DNA of 64,000 nt. Source: a virus. Each line of letters starts with the position of its first letter. Positions within the stretch are counted from its first letter, which is position 1. The stretch is taken from IMG/VR virus record IMGVR_UViG_3300027741_000030, positions 51,656-115,655 of that record. One strand, 5' to 3'. Position numbers and translations under genes: made by a program. The notes beneath the pieces are model-generated. The model ran no database searches, was not told the DNA's origin, and saw nothing but the letters and a program-made list of their open reading frames with translations. Shown here in pieces: positions 1 through 8,898 of this stretch.

Positions 1-2605
1 ATTAGACAGCACTGGAAAAATTCCAGCAGCTCAATTAAATATTACAGAAACAATTCAAGACGTAGTTGGCTCAACGTTAGTTTCTGGAAGAGGATCAACT
101 TTTTATTATAGCGATCAAGATAATACAATAACTCTTACAGCAGGTTTAAGAGGACAAGGTTCAGTTTCCGTAACTAATGCAACAGATAATAATGATTTAA
201 TTGTTAAATTAAATCCAGTTGTTGCTGCTGATACAAAATTTACAGGACCTCTTGTTGAAGTTGGAACAGTAACAGCAACAGATGTTAATGCAACAAATGT
301 TTCAATATCTGGAAACTTAACAGTAAATGGAACAACTACAACTGTAAATTCAACAAATGTTACAATTGATGACCCAATGATCTACATTGGCGATAACAAT
401 CAATCAAATAGCCTAGATCTTGGTGTTGTAGCAGCATTTAATAATGGAACATATCAGCACTCAGGTCTTGTTCGTGATGCATCAGATGGAAAATGGAAAC
501 TTTTTTCAGGTGTAATAGCAGAACCAACAACAACAGTAGATTTTACAACGTATACAAAAGATTCTCTTGAAATTGGAGGATTGCATGCAGACTCAGCAAG
601 AATTGGAAATGTTACTAATGATGAAATTCAACATCTAGACGGAGTTAGCTCAGCAATTCAAACTCAAATTGATTCAAAGCTTTCTACAACTAGAGCAGAG
701 GCAATATATGCGCCAAAAGAATCACCTTATTTTTCTGGAACAGTAACTTTGCCAGAAGGAACAGTTACATCAGCAATGATTGCAAATGGCACAATTGTTA
801 ATGCAGATATAAATACTTATGCAGAAATTGATCAATCAAAAATTGCTAATCTTGTTACAAATCTTGCAGCAAAAGCTCCATCAGCATCTCCTACATTTAC
901 AGGCACAGTAGTTCTTCCTGCAAATACATCAATTGGAAATGTTTCATCAACAGAAATTGGTTATCTTGATGGAGTAACATCAGGAATTCAACAGCAACTT
1001 GCTCCAGTTCAAGGTTTAGTCAATTCAGTAAATACACTTGTAACTGATTTAAATTCAGCTGAAAATACAATATCTTCACTTGAATCATCTGTTACTTCAA
1101 TTAATACAACAACAAATAGCCTTCAAACACAAATTAATACAAAAGCATCAACTGCATCACTTACAGCACATGAGGCAGACACAACAAATATTCATGGCAT
1201 TGCAGATACAACTGCACTTGCTACAAAAACTTATGCAGATTCAGCAGTTTCAACTGCAGTTTCTGCACTAACAAAATCATCAGTTGGCCTTGCAAATGTT
1301 GATAACACATCAGATGCAAATAAGCCAGTATCTTCAGCAACATCAACAGCACTTGCGCTCAAAGCGTCACTTGCCTCACCAACATTTACTGGAACTGTTT
1401 CTGGTATTACAAAGTCTATGGTTGGGCTTTCAAATGTAGATAATACTGCAGATTCAGCAAAACCTGTTTCAACAGCACAGCAAACAGCACTTGATGCCAA
1501 ATTAGCGCTTGCTGGAGGAACAATGACAGGAGCACTTACACTTTCAGGTGCACCTACATCAGATCTTCATGCAGCAACTAAGTCTTACGTAGATGGAATT
1601 GCTTCTGGAATTAACTTTCATAAATCAGTTAAAATTGCAACAACAACTAACTGGTCAGCAGTATATGCAAATGGAACAAATGGTTATGGAGCAACATTAA
1701 CAGCATCCGTAAATCAATCAATTAACCCAGCAGATGGAGTAACTCTTGCTGTTGGTGATAGAATTCTTGTAAAATCACAAACAGATGCAAAGCAAAATGG
1801 TATCTATGATATAACTTCTGTGGGAGGTTCTTCTTCCAAGTGGGTTCTTACTCGTTCAGCAGATTCTGATAACAATCCAAATGGGGAAGTTGCAGGTGGA
1901 GATTTTACTTTCGTAACAGAAGGTTCTACAAATGCAAGTATTGGATTTATCTTGTCTTCACCATCAGGTGCAGCAACTCTTGGAACAGATAATATTGTTT
2001 ATACACAGTTTAACGCAGCACAAGCAGTAACTGTAGGTGCTGGTATTACTAAGTCTGGTTCAACACTTTCAATTGGAACTGGTGCCATTACATCAGATAT
2101 GATTGTAGATGGAACAATTGTTGATGCAGATATAAATGCTTCAGCAGCAATCGCACAATCTAAAATCTCAGGACTTTCAACAAGCCTAGGCTTAAAAGCT
2201 AACTTAGCAGATCCTACATTTACTGGAACAGTAACAGTTGATGCAGCAGGAGTAGCATTTACAGATGGAACTCAGACAAAAGAAGGCGTTCCATCACGGA
2301 CAACAATTATTTCAAAAACAACAGACTACACTCTTTCAAATCTTTCAGAACGTGATTCATTAATTGAAATAAATGCAGCAGGAGCTACAACATTAACAGT
2401 TCCAGCAGATTCATCAACAAACTATCCAGTAGGAACATCTTTGGATATTCTGAGAGTAGGAGCTGGAGCATTAACAGTGTCACCTGCAGCTGGCGTAACA
2501 TTAAATTACACACCAGGAAACAAGCTTCGTGCACAATGGTCATCTGCAACTCTTGTAAAGAGAGCAGCAAATACATGGGTACTTCTTGGAGACCTAACAG
2601 CTTAA
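1..2605 (+). CDS. Tail fibre-like structural protein, 5'-partial
   Basis: Frame is open from nt 2 (LDSTGKIPAAQL...), so the ATG at 377 is internal. Ala/Thr/Ser-rich, with repeats typical of phage fibres (SPTFTGTV, VGLxNVDNTxDxxKPVS, GDRILVKxQTxxxQNGIY). Confidence 0.75.
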   Translation, partial: LDSTGKIPAAQLNITETIQDVVGSTLVSGRGSTFYYSDQDNTITLTAGLRGQGSVSVTNATDNNDLIVKLNPVVAADTKFTGPLVEVGTVTATDVNATNVSISGNLTVNGTTTTVNSTNVTIDDPMIYIGDNNQSNSLDLGVVAAFNNGTYQHSGLVRDASDGKWKLFSGVIAEPTTTVDFTTYTKDSLEIGGLHADSARIGNVTNDEIQHLDGVSSAIQTQIDSKLSTTRAEAIYAPKESPYFSGTVTLPEGTVTSAMIANGTIVNADINTYAEIDQSKIANLVTNLAAKAPSASPTFTGTVVLPANTSIGNVSSTEIGYLDGVTSGIQQQLAPVQGLVNSVNTLVTDLNSAENTISSLESSVTSINTTTNSLQTQINTKASTASLTAHEADTTNIHGIADTTALATKTYADSAVSTAVSALTKSSVGLANVDNTSDANKPVSSATSTALALKASLASPTFTGTVSGITKSMVGLSNVDNTADSAKPVSTAQQTALDAKLALAGGTMTGALTLSGAPTSDLHAATKSYVDGIASGINFHKSVKIATTTNWSAVYANGTNGYGATLTASVNQSINPADGVTLAVGDRILVKSQTDAKQNGIYDITSVGGSSSKWVLTRSADSDNNPNGEVAGGDFTFVTEGSTNASIGFILSSPSGAATLGTDNIVYTQFNAAQAVTVGAGITKSGSTLSIGTGAITSDMIVDGTIVDADINASAAIAQSKISGLSTSLGLKANLADPTFTGTVTVDAAGVAFTDGTQTKEGVPSRTTIISKTTDYTLSNLSERDSLIEINAAGATTLTVPADSSTNYPVGTSLDILRVGAGALTVSPAAGVTLNYTPGNKLRAQWSSATLVKRAANTWVLLGDLTA

Positions 2606-2631
2606 TAAAATAAAAGAAATAGGGGAAAAAA

Positions 2632-3429
2632 ATGGCTAATAAGAAATTTGGTATTAAATCATCAGGACAGGATAACTTCCTAGCTCCATTTGCACCAACA
2701 ATAGGAACTGCGACAGATGTTGGTACTAACCGTCCATTTGGTAGCGGTGCAGTTACAGTAACATTTACACCTGATCCTACATACCCTGCAACATCTTTTA
2801 CAGCATCTGGTTACTGCAGTGTTCATAACATGACTCACTCAGCAACAGGATCATCTTCACCAATAACCATTACTGGTTTTGGTTCAGACATGACAACAAC
2901 AATTACTGTAACAGCTACAAATCAATATGGAACATCCCCTGCTTCAAATGCATCTAATACAGTAACAGTTACAACTGTTCCAGCAACTCCTTCGGCCCCA
3001 TCTGCAACAGCGCAGGTAAACCAAGACTCAGTATCTTGGTCAACACCTGCAAATGGAGGAAAAGCAATAACAGGTTATACATTAAGGTCAAGCGATGGCC
3101 CAACATATTCAACAGGATCAACTTCTTATACTGTTTCTGAAACTGCCAATACATCGCAAACATATTATGTAAAAGCTACAAATGCAAACGGAACTTCTCA
3201 AGAATCAGCCGCCTCAAATTCGGTTACAACTCTTGCACCGTTCTTTCCACCTTCATTCTTTGCACCACCAGGATTCTTTGCGCCACCTTCATTCTTCGCA
3301 CCTCCAGGGTTCTTTGCGCCACCTTCATTCTTCGCACCTCCAGGGTTCTTCGCACCTCCAGGGTTCTTCGCACCTCCAGGGTTCTTCGCACCTCCAGGGT
3401 TCTTCGCACCTCCAGGGTTCTGGGATTAA
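2632..3429 (+). CDS. Fibronectin type III domain protein with C-terminal (FFAPP[G/S])9 tail
   Basis: Two FN3-like segments (APTIGTAT...VTATNxYGTSPASxASN; WSTPANGGKAITGY...YYVKATNANGTS) followed by FFPPS(FFAPP[G/S])9FWD. SD-like AGGGG upstream. Confidence 0.8.
   Translation: MANKKFGIKSSGQDNFLAPFAPTIGTATDVGTNRPFGSGAVTVTFTPDPTYPATSFTASGYCSVHNMTHSATGSSSPITITGFGSDMTTTITVTATNQYGTSPASNASNTVTVTTVPATPSAPSATAQVNQDSVSWSTPANGGKAITGYTLRSSDGPTYSTGSTSYTVSETANTSQTYYVKATNANGTSQESAASNSVTTLAPFFPPSFFAPPGFFAPPSFFAPPGFFAPPSFFAPPGFFAPPGFFAPPGFFAPPGFFAPPGFWD
3241..3426 (+). repeat. Coding tandem repeat, 18-bp unit (TTCTTCGCACCTCCAGGG and variants) x9
   Basis: Nine in-frame units at 3256-3417 after a 15-bp FFPPS unit. 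Units 5-9 are identical and units 2-3 equal units 4-5. Confidence 0.95.
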
Positions 3430-3447
3430 TTAAATAAATTTTAGCTC

Positions 3448-3476
3448 TTGACAAAATAGTTTATAATTGATAAACT
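3448..3476 (+). promoter_or_regulatory. Sigma70-type promoter upstream of the oxygenase cluster
   Basis: TTGACA (3448-53), 17-nt spacer, TAAACT (3471-76) preceded by TGn. Confidence 0.7.
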
Positions 3477-3497
3477 ATAAATAAAGAAAGAGATGTT

Positions 3498-4172
3498 ATG
3501 ACACAAACATGGTCAAATAAAGAAATTTTATTTCCAGGATTATGGGTATATAAAGACGTAATTAAACCAGAATTAAATTTGGTTCCTAGACTGCTTAACC
3601 TAATTGACAGCAGTGCTGGAAGAATTAATTGGAAAGAAGCAACTGTTGGCTATAATGAAAATAGGCCAAAGTATAGGGATTGCCAAGATATAAAAATTGG
3701 TGAAATTAAAAATCCTAACAATCCATATGATTATGAATTTAATGAAATATGGAAATTAGCAAAACATGCACAGTCTGGTCCAGTCGAAGATTACTGCACA
3801 GCTCACAGCGTAAGAATGGATTTTTGGGAAGTAATGAATTTTATTTCTTATGGTCCAGGGCAACATTTTCAAGAACATGCAGATCACGGATTTTCTTACA
3901 GTGCAACCGTTTCCCTTGTTGCATATCCAAACGATGACTATGAGGGTGGAGAACTAGCTTTTCCAAAACTAGGAATTACTGTTAAACCACGAGCAGGAGA
4001 TCTATACATATTCCCTTCAAGCTATATTTATTCTCACGTGGCTCTTCCAGTTAAAAGCGGAAAAAAATATTCTATTGTAACTATGCTTGATTATAATGAC
4101 AATACGCATAACGATGAATACCGTGCATTAGTTGATAGAAGACTAGGCAATGATAAAAATAAGGGCATATAG
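3498..4172 (+). CDS. Fe(II)/2OG oxygenase, prolyl-4-hydroxylase-like
   Basis: HAD motif, YPNDDYEGGELxF, distal His (YSHVALPV), Lys at the 2OG-binding position (SGKKYSIV). Confidence 0.85.
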   Translation: MTQTWSNKEILFPGLWVYKDVIKPELNLVPRLLNLIDSSAGRINWKEATVGYNENRPKYRDCQDIKIGEIKNPNNPYDYEFNEIWKLAKHAQSGPVEDYCTAHSVRMDFWEVMNFISYGPGQHFQEHADHGFSYSATVSLVAYPNDDYEGGELAFPKLGITVKPRAGDLYIFPSSYIYSHVALPVKSGKKYSIVTMLDYNDNTHNDEYRALVDRRLGNDKNKGI

Positions 4173-4860
4173 AAAACAAAAAGATTCTGCAAACATATCA
4201 CAGCTTTCAGTTAAGAGAGACTGGATGGATGAAACATGGGAATCTCATGCATACAAATGTTTTCCAGTAAGCCTCACCAATCAGTTGGGATGGGGAATAT
4301 CATTTCCAGAGGATATAACTTTTATATGGGATGGGATTTCAGACTCTTCTTCAGATCATGTAAAAATATTATCAGGATTAAAATATGCACATTCAGGAAG
4401 AGGAAATGCCACAGTAAGCTTTAATACAGGCATTAGCTTTAAAACTGATGAAAATATAAGCCTACTAACAATGCCAGTTCCTAATTATTTAAGGGACGGC
4501 ATTCAGCCATTTACAACATTAATGAGCACTTCATTTTTTAATGGCGAATTGCCATGTGCTTTAAGAGTAACAAGACCAAATGTTGAAATAACAATTAAAG
4601 CAAATACTCCAATATTTTCAATTCTTCCAATTAACCTTGAAGAAATTCAAGATTCTGAAATAATATTTGAAGATGCAAGCCTTCTTCCAGAATTAAGTTT
4701 TGATCCAAAAGCTTATGGAGAAGAGGTATATAAAATAAATATGTCTGGAAAGTGGACAAATTTTTATAGAGATGCCGTTGATCATTTAGGAAACATTTTA
4801 GGAAAACATCAAATAAAATCAGTTAGGCTAAAGGTCCATGAGGACAAAAGCAACATATGA
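4150..4860 (+). CDS. Conserved hypothetical protein (DUF6065-like)
   Basis: KRDWMD...HAYKCFPVSLTNQLGW motif. Clear paralogue of 48870..49562. Confidence 0.6.
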   Translation: MIKIRAYRKQKDSANISQLSVKRDWMDETWESHAYKCFPVSLTNQLGWGISFPEDITFIWDGISDSSSDHVKILSGLKYAHSGRGNATVSFNTGISFKTDENISLLTMPVPNYLRDGIQPFTTLMSTSFFNGELPCALRVTRPNVEITIKANTPIFSILPINLEEIQDSEIIFEDASLLPELSFDPKAYGEEVYKINMSGKWTNFYRDAVDHLGNILGKHQIKSVRLKVHEDKSNI

Positions 4861-4887
4861 TAAAATTATATAAAAGGGGTATTAAAA

Positions 4888-5583
4888 ATGATGAGACAAA
4901 ATAATGAAATAATAGCAAACAGAGATATTGGTTTGCATGCTCCAAAATCAATAACCCCTTCAGGATTCTTTGGCAATTCATCTGACAATATAGTAGAGCT
5001 AGAAAACTTTTTAACAGAAGATGAAAGAGCAAGACTAATTGATTTTGCAATGAATAATAAAGTTTGGGATCAAACAGAAAGCCATGTTGATGAAGATGGC
5101 CTTGTCCTTTATGATGCTAACATATGGAAAGATAGAGTTTGCACATATCATTCTTTAATGAAATCAGATCCAAGTATACTAGAATTAATTAATTCCATGA
5201 TTGCAAGATTAAAAATTGAAGTAGATAAATTTTTTAATGTTGATGCAAAAGAAACTGGACCAGCAATTGTAAGGTGGCCAATAGGTGCAAGACAAGAACC
5301 ACATGCAGATAAAGAATTTCACACTGGAATAGAAAAGGGAAGACCAAATGATTTCCCCTGGTATGATCTAGCAGGCTTATTTTATTTTAATGATGATTAT
5401 GAGGGTGGAGAATTATATTTCCCACAACATGGAATTGAGTTTAAACCAAAAGCAGGAGCAGCTTATTTTTTCCCAGGAGACATGAACTATACTCATGGAG
5501 TTAGACCAGTAACCTCTGGAAATAGATTTACCTCCCCATTTTTTTGGACCATAATGAAACATTTGGATCAAGTTGAAAAATAA
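4888..5583 (+). CDS. Fe(II)/2OG oxygenase
   Basis: PHAD, YFNDDYEGGELYF, THGVRPVTSGNRFT. Confidence 0.85.
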   Translation: MMRQNNEIIANRDIGLHAPKSITPSGFFGNSSDNIVELENFLTEDERARLIDFAMNNKVWDQTESHVDEDGLVLYDANIWKDRVCTYHSLMKSDPSILELINSMIARLKIEVDKFFNVDAKETGPAIVRWPIGARQEPHADKEFHTGIEKGRPNDFPWYDLAGLFYFNDDYEGGELYFPQHGIEFKPKAGAAYFFPGDMNYTHGVRPVTSGNRFTSPFFWTIMKHLDQVEK

Positions 5584-6208
5584 TAATTGTTTAATTGATG
5601 ACAATTTTTTGCTTGATGAAGAGATAGATTATTTACAGCAAATAATGTACTCTTATGAAAACACCTTTAATTGGATATATACTCCCACAGGAAACATGGA
5701 CGCTGGAGATTATCGAGCAGTTCACACTAAAAATACAAACAATTCAATGCAATTTATTCACACAGCAAAATTAGGAAAAATAGAATATTCAAATTTTTCA
5801 AAAGATGCTGAAAAAGTTTTATATAAGTTTTGTAAAAAAAACAATATAGAGGTTATAGATGTTTTTAGAATTAAAGCTAATTTAATTCCAAAACAAAATG
5901 ATTATTTGCAAACAAATATGCCACACGTAGATAATGTTATTGATATTATTCCTGAACATACAGAGGGAGAGCATTATGTTTTTTTGTATTATGTAAACGA
6001 TTCAGACGGCCCAACAGTAATCTTTAATGAAAAATATAATGGAGAAAAAAAAGATATCTTTTCTATAAAACAAAAAATTAACCCAGTAGCTGGAAGAGGC
6101 ATATTGTTTAATGCAGACCAATACCACGCCTCATCTATACCTAAAAAAACAAACTTAAGATGTGTAATAAACATTAATTTAATAGGAAAAAAAATAAATG
6201 ATAATTAA
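5573..6208 (+). CDS. Fe(II)/2OG oxygenase (phage type)
   Basis: RIKANL...PHVD...YYVNDSDGPT...YHASS...RCVININ. Confidence 0.75.
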   Translation: MKNNNCLIDDNFLLDEEIDYLQQIMYSYENTFNWIYTPTGNMDAGDYRAVHTKNTNNSMQFIHTAKLGKIEYSNFSKDAEKVLYKFCKKNNIEVIDVFRIKANLIPKQNDYLQTNMPHVDNVIDIIPEHTEGEHYVFLYYVNDSDGPTVIFNEKYNGEKKDIFSIKQKINPVAGRGILFNADQYHASSIPKKTNLRCVININLIGKKINDN

Positions 6209-6638
6209 AAATTTAACCAAAAAAGAAATAGAGGCTTCCAGAGTCCTATTAGATCTGACCCTAGGCATAGAGCATTCAGGTAAATCTTTTTTTAGTCATT
6301 TATACAACACATTTTATATATTAAAAAAAATGAATTTAGACGAGGATACATGCCTGGCAGGAATGTATCATTCGATATATGGAACAGAGTATTTTAAGAT
6401 AGACAAACAGGTGCAAAAAGATGAAGTTATTAAAACAATTGGACAAAAAGCAAATAAATTGGTAGAATATTTTTGTACAGAAAACAGAAATGATTTTATT
6501 TTAAACGGTAAAATAGAAGATCAAGATAGGCTTTCTTTATTGTATATTTTATATGCAAACGAAATAGAGCAAAGAGGCGAAAAAAACATTTTGTTTTTAA
6601 ATCAAATAAAAGAAGAAATAGGAAAGAAATTGCTATGA
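6198..6638 (+). CDS. DUF6817-like (HD-related helical) protein
   Basis: HSGKSFFSHL...CLAGMYHSIYGTEYF motif. Confidence 0.55.
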   Translation: MIIKNLTKKEIEASRVLLDLTLGIEHSGKSFFSHLYNTFYILKKMNLDEDTCLAGMYHSIYGTEYFKIDKQVQKDEVIKTIGQKANKLVEYFCTENRNDFILNGKIEDQDRLSLLYILYANEIEQRGEKNILFLNQIKEEIGKKLL

Positions 6639-7462
6639 CAAACTTAGAGTATATTGAGCTATATCCAAGAATAGATGTTTATAGAAATGTTTTAAAAGAT
6701 CCACAGGCTTTATATCAAACTATGAAAAAATCTGAGGAAACTTCAAATGGAGAATACCTTTTAAAAACTTGGGATGCATGGGCAAAATTTGGAACCTACA
6801 CTCAAAAGAAAGACTTGGCTGAAGTTTCAGAAGATACAAAAACTAAAAATATGTTTATTGAAGAAAAAGATTTTGTAGATCAGGTTCAAGCAGCTTATGA
6901 TTTAGTTTTGTTGGATTACATAAAAAGACACAATGTTGAGTTAAAGCCAGGTTGGCATTTTAGCGGCTGCTCTTTTTCAAAATATAAAGATGGAGTAGAC
7001 ACTCTAAAAAATAAAATGACAATGCAGTATCACACTGATTTTATTATTGCAGAAAGAGAAATGCCTGGACCTAAGTTTCAATTAACATGTACAATGTACA
7101 TAAATGATGATTATCAAGGCGGAGACATAGAATTTTTTATTGATGGAAAGCTGATTAATCATAAGCCACAAGCAGGAGACATTCTTGTCTTCCCATCAGA
7201 CGAACCATATTTTCATGGAGTTAAAACAATATACAATGGCCAAAAGTTTTTTGTAAGAAATTTTGTAATGTACCCTTACGATGGAAGCCCTGAATGGCTA
7301 GCAAATCAAAAACAATTTGGTGCAGTAAATTGGATGAAAAAAGAATTTATTAGATTAGAAGAAGATACAAAAAGAAACATGAAATACGTTGAAGATGGTG
7401 TAGAAATTGCAGTAGAGATTGCACACGCAAACCATAATGTAGAGTCAAAGGAAAGTATGTAA
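6635..7462 (+). CDS. Fe(II)/2OG oxygenase
   Basis: YHTD, YINDDYQGGDIEF, YFHGVK...GQKFFVR. Confidence 0.85.
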   Translation: MTNLEYIELYPRIDVYRNVLKDPQALYQTMKKSEETSNGEYLLKTWDAWAKFGTYTQKKDLAEVSEDTKTKNMFIEEKDFVDQVQAAYDLVLLDYIKRHNVELKPGWHFSGCSFSKYKDGVDTLKNKMTMQYHTDFIIAEREMPGPKFQLTCTMYINDDYQGGDIEFFIDGKLINHKPQAGDILVFPSDEPYFHGVKTIYNGQKFFVRNFVMYPYDGSPEWLANQKQFGAVNWMKKEFIRLEEDTKRNMKYVEDGVEIAVEIAHANHNVESKESM

Positions 7463-8220
7463 TGGAACTAATAAAAATAGCAGAAGACATTCATCTATAT
7501 AAAAATTTTATAGAAGATGAAGAACTTGCTAAAGTAACATCTTTATTAAAAAAATTACAAAATACCGACAAAGACTATTGGAAGTCTATATCTTTTTATG
7601 AGTCATATTCCGCCAGATACCCTTATGATGGAGAACCAATTTTAGAAGAATTTGGTTTGCCTGCAACTTATTTTTCTGATCTAAGAAATAGGTTTAAAGA
7701 AGCAGCCGCACATGTTGCTAATCAGCCAGTTGAAAAAATGTCTCAAATAAGTTTTCATATTCAAAGATGGCTTCCAGGTTCTTTTGCACCAAAGCATTCT
7801 GACAACAGTGATAATGAAGGAAACATGGGAGCCTTTACAAGAAGCAGATACGCTGGATTTTTATACTTAAATGATGACTTTGAAGGAGGCACCTTAAAGT
7901 TTGAAGCACAACACGGAGAGCTGCCATTAGAAATAATTCCAGAAGCTGGATCTTTTTTAATATTCCACGGCGGTCACAAAAACATGCATGAGGTTACTGT
8001 AGTAAAAAAGAGCCCAAGATACACAATAGGTTCTTTTTGGGACGATAGAGAAGAATCAGATTATCCACAAGACGTAAGAGATGCTTGGGCTGAAGAGCTT
8101 AAAAAAGTTAGAGCAATTCAAGCTGAAGAAGCGGTAGAGTGGAAAGAAGTTAGAGAAAAGGGATTACGTCTAACACCAGATGGCAAGTCTATACCAGCAT
8201 CTGAAGTGGAAGATTTATGA
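7462..8220 (+). CDS. Fe(II)/2OG oxygenase
   Basis: KHSD, YLNDDFEGGTL, MHEV...RYTIGSFW. Confidence 0.85.
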   Translation: MELIKIAEDIHLYKNFIEDEELAKVTSLLKKLQNTDKDYWKSISFYESYSARYPYDGEPILEEFGLPATYFSDLRNRFKEAAAHVANQPVEKMSQISFHIQRWLPGSFAPKHSDNSDNEGNMGAFTRSRYAGFLYLNDDFEGGTLKFEAQHGELPLEIIPEAGSFLIFHGGHKNMHEVTVVKKSPRYTIGSFWDDREESDYPQDVRDAWAEELKKVRAIQAEEAVEWKEVREKGLRLTPDGKSIPASEVEDL

Positions 8221-8882
8221 TAGACGAAAAATCAAATAAATTTGATCCAAATGACATGTATCACATGTTTATACCAAATGTTTTAGAGAACAATATTTGG
8301 TATTATAAAAATGTTGTAAGCTATCCAAAAGAGCTATTAGATTTTATTAATGAAGTTGATAATGATGCTAGAAGCCACGGTAAAATAACAAAGTGGTTCC
8401 CTTGGACTGCTAGCAATAATGGCTCTTTAATATACGGAGATAACAAAAATGTTCTACCTTCAAATATGAAAGATGTCACAGACGCTGGAAGACTAGATCA
8501 AAAAATACTATATATATCAAATAGCATAAAGATGGCTTTTCAAATGTGTCTTGATAATTACTTTGCTTCAAGAAATATTGATTCGTCAAATTATGTTTTG
8601 CCAATGAGTGAGATTCCATTAAGAAGGTGGGGAGTGGGTCCTGGAATGGGTCCTCATTGTGATAACTATGACGGGCATACAAATCTTGCTTTTTCTATGA
8701 TTCTATATTTAAACAACAACTACGAAGGCGGGGAAATCGAGTTTCCAAATCAGGGAGTGTCTTTAAAGCCAGATGAGGGCAGCCTAATTATATTCCCAAG
8801 CAGTGAGCCATACCTTCACAAAGTAAATGAGATTAAATCGGGAGATAGGTACACATCACATCTTTCAGTATATACAAGATAG
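8217..8882 (+). CDS. Fe(II)/2OG oxygenase
   Basis: PHCD, YLNNNYEGGEIEF, LHKVNEIKSGDRY. Confidence 0.85.
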   Translation: MIDEKSNKFDPNDMYHMFIPNVLENNIWYYKNVVSYPKELLDFINEVDNDARSHGKITKWFPWTASNNGSLIYGDNKNVLPSNMKDVTDAGRLDQKILYISNSIKMAFQMCLDNYFASRNIDSSNYVLPMSEIPLRRWGVGPGMGPHCDNYDGHTNLAFSMILYLNNNYEGGEIEFPNQGVSLKPDEGSLIIFPSSEPYLHKVNEIKSGDRYTSHLSVYTR

Positions 8883-8898
8883 GTGGTATAATTAAAAA

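Noticed and set aside
3241-3426. CRISPR-like array
   Set aside because: Direct tandem units without unique spacers, in frame within a CDS. The same applies to 63750-63974.
3182-3454. Alternative-frame ORFs over the repeat (SSHLQG)n and (RRTLEV)n
   Set aside because: Shadows of the 18-bp repeat; synonymous variation fits the FFAPPG frame.
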